Shown piece after piece: positions 46,984 to 51,749 of a DNA stretch of 51,749 nucleotides (position 1 is its first letter; each line of letters opens with the position of its first letter). Source of the DNA: Acidimicrobiia bacterium (GTDB lineage Bacteria > Actinomycetota > Acidimicrobiia > Spongiisociales > ZC4RG35); the NCBI GenBank assembly GCA_025922945.1, contig JAICGW010000003.1, positions 1-51,749 on the forward strand, written 5' to 3'. The translations under genes were made by a program, and so were the position numbers. Under the pieces are notes generated by a model, which was not told where the DNA came from, made no database searches, and worked only from the letters and a program-made list of their open reading frames with translations.

Positions 46984-47987
46984 CTTGCTGACCCTATTCC
47001 ACCCGTTGGGAGAGCGCCCACCTCGGGTTTGACCGAGTTCACATCATCAACGACCGTCCCAATGTCGGCGACCGCGGCGCGCTCGAGGAGATGGGAAGCA
47101 ACGATGAGGTCCTGTGCTCCAGTCCCGACCGATTTGAAAAGGGTGATCTCATCCTCATTCCGCCGACCTTCGGCGCTTCGGGCGACGAGGGCGCTTAGCT
47201 CCTCGGCCCGAGTCGAGTCGAGTCCGTGCGTCATAGCCGCCTGATGGGCGTCTCCTGCCTCGGCGAGCACCAAATCGGCCGAGTCGCACACGATCCGATC
47301 GAAACTGCTGAACAGGCTGGGATCGATCTCGACCCGATCACGGCTCGCCGGACCCACCGAATTGACATGCATTCCTGGTTGCAGGTGCTTGGCGAGCAGG
47401 ACGGGAGCACGCGCCTTCGTGGCCAATGTCACCAGGGTTGCGTCCTCGATGGCCTCCTCCAGCGAGGATGCCGCCACCAGGTGGCCAGCTACGAATCCTG
47501 ACATCTCCGTCACAAACTCCGCTCGATTCACTGGGGTGCGGGCGAAGACCCTGATTTCGTCTGCAGGTCGGACCAACTCGAGCGCCCGCAGCTGACCGCG
47601 CCCTATCGGTCCCGTGCCCACGATCGCCGCCACCTCAACGTCCTCACGGGCGAGATAGTCGGTGGCCACGGCGGAGACTGCCCCAGTTCGTAGGTTGGTG
47701 ATCTGGAGCGCGTCGACGATGCCGATCAGCTCGCCGGTGCTGAGCCGGTGAACGTAGATCGTGTACCGCATGCCAACGCCTTCGGTTCGGTGCAGCACCT
47801 TGAAACCGAAGAGGTCCAAGCTGGCGATGAACGCTGGAAGCGAGCGAAGCCAACCAGTGGGATGGGTCAGGTCGACCCTGGCGAGGCCGGTCTGGTTGGG
47901 CGACAGGGAGAAAAGCTCGCGCATCGCTTCGAGGACCATCCGATCCTCGATGAGAGCGTCGACGGCCGCAGCGTCGAGAATCCTCAT
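46980..47987 (-). CDS. Ornithine cyclodeaminase/mu-crystallin family imine reductase
   Basis: ITNLRTGAVS, GTGPIG, HVNSVG, LFKSVGTGAQD. Confidence 0.9.
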   Translation of the reverse strand: MRILDAAAVDALIEDRMVLEAMRELFSLSPNQTGLARVDLTHPTGWLRSLPAFIASLDLFGFKVLHRTEGVGMRYTIYVHRLSTGELIGIVDALQITNLRTGAVSAVATDYLAREDVEVAAIVGTGPIGRGQLRALELVRPADEIRVFARTPVNRAEFVTEMSGFVAGHLVAASSLEEAIEDATLVTLATKARAPVLLAKHLQPGMHVNSVGPASRDRVEIDPSLFSSFDRIVCDSADLVLAEAGDAHQAAMTHGLDSTRAEELSALVARSAEGRRNEDEITLFKSVGTGAQDLIVASHLLERAAVADIGTVVDDVNSVKPEVGALPTGGIGSAR

Positions 47988-47989
47988 CC

Positions 47990-49003
47990 TCAGGCGGGAT
48001 TGCGGCCGATGAAGAACTCGGCAAAAGGCTCGTCGGAGAAGGCGATCTGGGCCTTGCGCAATCCCTCGACCGAGGTCCTCATCTGGCTCTCCGACAGCTT
48101 CATCGCCGGTTGACGGATCGGCCCCCCGTTGTAGCCGTCAAGCCAGGACTGGAACTTCCACAGATAGCGGTGCACCAGGTTGGCGCCGCCCGAGCTCATG
48201 GTCGCGGCCCGGGCGTTGCGGGCGGGCTGGATTCGCCAATACTCCTCCATCGCTCGCTGGGTATCGCCCCCGTGGAGCAACTCGAGTAGCCGGGGGACGT
48301 ACGACCCGTAGTACTCGTAGTTGCTCGTCCCCATCCATTGCATGCCGAACAGGTCGACCCACATCGGGGCGTTGAACTCCATCGGGTCAGAGAGAAGGAC
48401 ATCGGAATTCTCGAGACGGCGGAATGTCTCATAGGTGTTAGTGGTCTGCTGACGGCCGACCTCGTACTTCACCGCCACGATGGTGTCTACCTTGGTCAAT
48501 CGCTCGAGAACGTCGGCCGGGAATCCACGAACATCGAGTCGTCTCAGGTTGGAGTGCTCGACGATGAAGAGGACGACTGCCAAATCCGTTGCCTCGCAGA
48601 TCTCGACGGTGTAGTCCTCGACCTGTTGGGCCGATGTCGGATAGAAGCTGTTCGGATGCCCCAGCAGCATGGCGTCGACACCGAGGGCAGCGGCATCGTT
48701 GGCCATCGTGATGATCTCGGCCGGCGAGTCGAACACCCCTTGGAGCAAGAACCGATGCTCGCCATCGGCCTCGTCCACTGCGATCTCAATGAACCGCAGC
48801 ATCTCCTCAGTTGTGGTGCCCGCCTCCGAAACGAGAAGAGCTCCCCAAAACCCGAGCTCCATGTTGCGGCGGACGTCGTGGCGGATGGCGGCTTCGTTGA
48901 GCGACTTCAGGTCCGCCGTGTACGAGGGGATGATGACGTTGCACGCTCCCCGCCAAGTCTCGCGAGCCCAACCCTTGGCCTCTGCTCGTGTGTACCCGGG
49001 CGT
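47990..49003 (-). CDS. DapA/DHDPS-family aldolase-like protein (apparent ACG start)
   Basis: PGYTRAEAKGWARETWRG..PSYTADLKSLNEAAIRHDV, IVAVKYE (Schiff-base Lys), GGPIRQP. Confidence 0.8.
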   Translation of the reverse strand, partial: TPGYTRAEAKGWARETWRGACNVIIPSYTADLKSLNEAAIRHDVRRNMELGFWGALLVSEAGTTTEEMLRFIEIAVDEADGEHRFLLQGVFDSPAEIITMANDAAALGVDAMLLGHPNSFYPTSAQQVEDYTVEICEATDLAVVLFIVEHSNLRRLDVRGFPADVLERLTKVDTIVAVKYEVGRQQTTNTYETFRRLENSDVLLSDPMEFNAPMWVDLFGMQWMGTSNYEYYGSYVPRLLELLHGGDTQRAMEEYWRIQPARNARAATMSSGGANLVHRYLWKFQSWLDGYNGGPIRQPAMKLSESQMRTSVEGLRKAQIAFSDEPFAEFFIGRNPA

Positions 49004-49044
49004 GACACAGCCTTCCTCTGGCGCAGAGCCAGCGTACCCGGGAT

Positions 49045-49060
49045 GCGCAAACGTATGTGC
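49045..49060. promoter_or_regulatory. Putative LacI-type operator between the divergent DapA-like genes
   Basis: Near-palindrome GCGCAAACGTATGTGC. Confidence 0.6.
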
Positions 49061-49108
49061 TGCTAGCGTCGGTCCGTAGCTGGCTGTTAGCGCGAGGAGG
49101 TGACCGCC

Positions 49109-50083
49109 ATGACATCCAGGGCGAAAGAAATTGCCTTTGAGAAGGTGAGAGGGCTCTGGATCGCGATTCCCACCCCGTTCACCTCGGCCGGAGAGACCGA
49201 CGAGGGGGCACTGCGCAAGTCGGTCGACTACTACATCGAGGGCCTGGCGGTCGATGGCATCTTCTGCGGGGGAGTCATGGGCGAGTTCTGGGCGATGACT
49301 ACCGAAGAGCGAGCTTTGGTGCACGAGCTCGTGGTGAATGCCGCCGCCGGGAGGGTGCCGATCATGGTCCACATCGGTCACCACACCTACTCGGAGGCGG
49401 CGCAACTGAGCCGTCACGCCGAGCAGATCGGAGCCGATTTCGCCATCGCGATCAATCCCTACTTTCCGATCAAGCCCTCCGATGAGATCGTGCGCGACTG
49501 GTACCGGCGTCTGACGGCCGAGTCGTCGATCCCCTTCTTTCTCTTCAACACCTCTTATTCCGGATACGCCTTGAGCCCTGGGCTGATCGCCGAGCTCGCC
49601 AACCTGGAGACGGTGTGCGGGATCAAGAACCCGAAACCGAGGGAACATCTCCTGCGCGTCCAGGACCTGGTGGGAGACAAGATCGTTGTTTGTGACGCCG
49701 ACGAGGCCGACTGGCTGGAGCTTCATCTGGATCACGGTTTTCAATCCCTCATGTCGACCCCGGCGCTGGCCATGTACCAGACCCCGGACAAACGACCCAT
49801 CCACGACTACACGCGGCTGGCCGACAGCGGCGACACCGCGGGCGCCTGGGCCCTGCATGGCACCCTCGAGCGGGAGCGGGATGCGTTCGGGCGTTGGATG
49901 CGGGACAGCTGGCTCGCCCGGGGCGAGGGCGCAATTCCCATTGCCGAACTCAAGACTTGGCTCGCCTTGATGGGTCTGCCGCAGGGCCCGGTGCGACCGC
50001 CTCTGATTTCGCTCAGCGAGGCGCGGACCGAGGCTCTGCGCGCCGACCTGGATGGCTTGGGCCTGCTCGATTCGCTCTCATGA
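49109..50083 (+). CDS. DapA/DHDPS-family aldolase-like protein
   Basis: IPTPF, GVMGEFWAMTTEER, NPYF, VCGIKN, GPVRPP; RBS GAGGAGG. Confidence 0.87.
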   Translation: MTSRAKEIAFEKVRGLWIAIPTPFTSAGETDEGALRKSVDYYIEGLAVDGIFCGGVMGEFWAMTTEERALVHELVVNAAAGRVPIMVHIGHHTYSEAAQLSRHAEQIGADFAIAINPYFPIKPSDEIVRDWYRRLTAESSIPFFLFNTSYSGYALSPGLIAELANLETVCGIKNPKPREHLLRVQDLVGDKIVVCDADEADWLELHLDHGFQSLMSTPALAMYQTPDKRPIHDYTRLADSGDTAGAWALHGTLERERDAFGRWMRDSWLARGEGAIPIAELKTWLALMGLPQGPVRPPLISLSEARTEALRADLDGLGLLDSLS

Positions 50084-50102
50084 TCAAGAGACGGAGGAAC
50101 TC

Positions 50103-51377
50103 GTGACGTCGACCGATATTGACTTCAAGGACGCCGCCGGCCAGATGCATACCGAGGCCTTCGGGGCCATCGCCAACTCGCCGTGGTACTCCGACGCGGT
50201 CTACGAGCGATTCTCCGATGCCGAGTACCAACGTCGGTTCGACGCCACCCGAGCGAAAATGAAGCGGCTCGGCCTCGACGTCCTCATCGCATCCGGTGGG
50301 CCAAATCATTGGAGCTGGGGCGGGGGAATGCGCTGGCTGAGCAACCACTGGGAATGGCATGGGATCTCGGCCTATGTCGTGGTGCCCCCGGAAGGGGAGC
50401 CGGTCCTGATCTGCGGGCCCGGTGGCGCCCATCGCGAGGCGGTGCGCCGCGCCACCCCGCTAAAAGATGTGCGCCACTCCCGCTGGGGCCGCTCGGGCGA
50501 TGTGATCGTCGAGCTGATCAAGGAGTGGGGACTGGCCGACGCCACCGTCGGCATCTCCCATGTCGATCCCGTATATGGCCACCATCTGCCGGTGGACGAA
50601 TGGGAGCGTCTCCGGGAGGGCTTGCCCGAGGCCAAGTTGGAGCGGGTGGGGGACTTCTTCCATGAACTTGTCCATACCAAGAGCCCGGAGGAGATCGAAT
50701 GCGTTCGCCAGGCCGGGAAGCTGATGGACCAGGCCTTCGAGGCCATGATCGCCGCTGCCCGTCCCGGAGTCACCGAGTATCAGCTCGCCGCGGCCGCCAC
50801 CCACGCGGTCATGGAAGGTGGTGGCCAGATGGATTTCAACATCATCGGGTCGACGCGGATGGATGAGCCGGGGATGGTGTTCGGCAATCCGTGGCCGTCG
50901 AGCCGTCGCCTTGCGAAGGGCGACATCATCATCAATGAGCTGGCTTGCGGCTACAACGGATACTCGGTGCAAATCGGCGGCCCTATATGCATCGGGGAGC
51001 CACCCTCGTGGATTCGTGAATTCTTCGACGAGGTGGTGCTGCCGGGCTACGACCTCATGGCGGAACAACTCATCGGGGGCAACAGCTGGGACGACGTGAT
51101 GAAGGCCAGTCAGTTCTTCCGGGACAAGGGATACGACTCCCGACCCCTCTTCCTTCATTGCATCGACTTCACCAGCCACACCCCGCACGTGATGTGGGAC
51201 CACGTGGTGGCCGAGGACAACGAGCTCGATCTCGTCCCGGGAATAGTTGCGATGCTGGAGCCAACCATCATCACCCCCGACGGATTGCTCGGGATTTTCT
51301 TTGGACGAACCTATGTCCTCACCGACGGCGGGCACGAACAGGTGACGAAGTTCCCCCACGAGCTGGTCGTGACCTGA
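50103..51377 (+). CDS. M24 fold protein with degenerate metal site
   Basis: TKSPEEIE, ARPGVTE, NELACGYNGYSVQ, MLEPT; RBS GGAGG before GTG 50103. Confidence 0.82.
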   Translation: MTSTDIDFKDAAGQMHTEAFGAIANSPWYSDAVYERFSDAEYQRRFDATRAKMKRLGLDVLIASGGPNHWSWGGGMRWLSNHWEWHGISAYVVVPPEGEPVLICGPGGAHREAVRRATPLKDVRHSRWGRSGDVIVELIKEWGLADATVGISHVDPVYGHHLPVDEWERLREGLPEAKLERVGDFFHELVHTKSPEEIECVRQAGKLMDQAFEAMIAAARPGVTEYQLAAAATHAVMEGGGQMDFNIIGSTRMDEPGMVFGNPWPSSRRLAKGDIIINELACGYNGYSVQIGGPICIGEPPSWIREFFDEVVLPGYDLMAEQLIGGNSWDDVMKASQFFRDKGYDSRPLFLHCIDFTSHTPHVMWDHVVAEDNELDLVPGIVAMLEPTIITPDGLLGIFFGRTYVLTDGGHEQVTKFPHELVVT

Positions 51378-51493
51378 CCCCCTCGGCCCTTCGGGCCACT
51401 CCCCCCAACACTCGCTTCGCTCGTTGGGGGGAGAAACAGCATTCGGGTTTCTCCCCCCGTAGGGGGGAGAGCCGGCGCAGCCCGGGAGGGGGG
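51378..51493. repeat. REP-like multi-hairpin intergenic element
   Basis: GGCCC-TTC-GGGCC, CTCCCCCCAAC..GTTGGGGGGAG and TCTCCCCC..GGGGGAGA stems between convergent genes. Confidence 0.65.
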
Positions 51494-51505
51494 AGAAGCC
51501 GCTCG

Positions 51506-51749
51506 CTAGCTTCCGAGCTTGTTCGCCAGCCAGCGGAAAGTGGCCGGGGCCCAGTGGTTGAAATGCTTGAAGGCGCAGTGCCCGTCATCGGGGTAGATGC
51601 GAGCTTCTTTGCCGGTGGCAGGGCCGGTCTCGAGCATGAAATAGATGTTGCCGATCGGCGCCAGATGGTCGAGCTTGCCGTTGATCATCAGCACCGGCAT
51701 GGTGATGTTGTCGAGGATCCCTTGCTCGGAGAGCGCCCACCGGGAGAAG
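51506..51749 (-). CDS. Alpha/beta hydrolase, C-terminal part (runs off the right edge)
   Basis: ITMPVLMINGKLDHLAP (catalytic Asp region) and YPDDGHCA (His). Confidence 0.75.
   Translation of the reverse strand, partial: FSRWALSEQGILDNITMPVLMINGKLDHLAPIGNIYFMLETGPATGKEARIYPDDGHCAFKHFNHWAPATFRWLANKLGS

Noticed and set aside
49004-49858. 622-aa DapA-like ORF extension
   Set aside because: Antisense to the plus-strand DapA-like gene; stop-poor shadow typical of high-GC DNA.

Overview
GC-rich actinobacterial DNA, with a gene repertoire suggesting Acidimicrobiia (inference). No rRNA, tRNA, CRISPR array, integrase or transposase was seen. The left third holds a truncated MASE1-domain sensor, a conservon (cvnABCD-type G-protein system) with a fifth coiled-coil gene, a secreted two-repeat protein, valS, MFS and GNAT genes, and the conserved HAD-ssd-tad (Flp pilus) locus. 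From about 16.3 kb to the right edge lies a catabolic island of roughly 35 kb whose substrate is unknown. It has three M24 pita-bread proteins with altered metal sites, two divergent DapA-like aldolases, two ACMSD-like amidohydrolases and a His-rich LVIVD beta-propeller. It also has creatininase, cyclodeaminase, FAH/MhpD, cupin, F420-LLM, Zn-dehydrogenase and threonine-synthase-like enzymes, a minimal PEP-synthase-like phosphotransferase, a split peptide-type ABC importer, and a LacI regulator coupled to a cupin-adenylate cyclase. A recurring LacI-type operator sits in five of its promoter regions. A 22.3-26.7 kb patch (lipoprotein, OsmC, MerR-HTH cyclase, amine oxidase, decayed pseudogene) interrupts the island. 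All functional calls come from motif recognition by eye; no database searches were run, and several start codons were re-chosen from RBS and stop/start overlaps.
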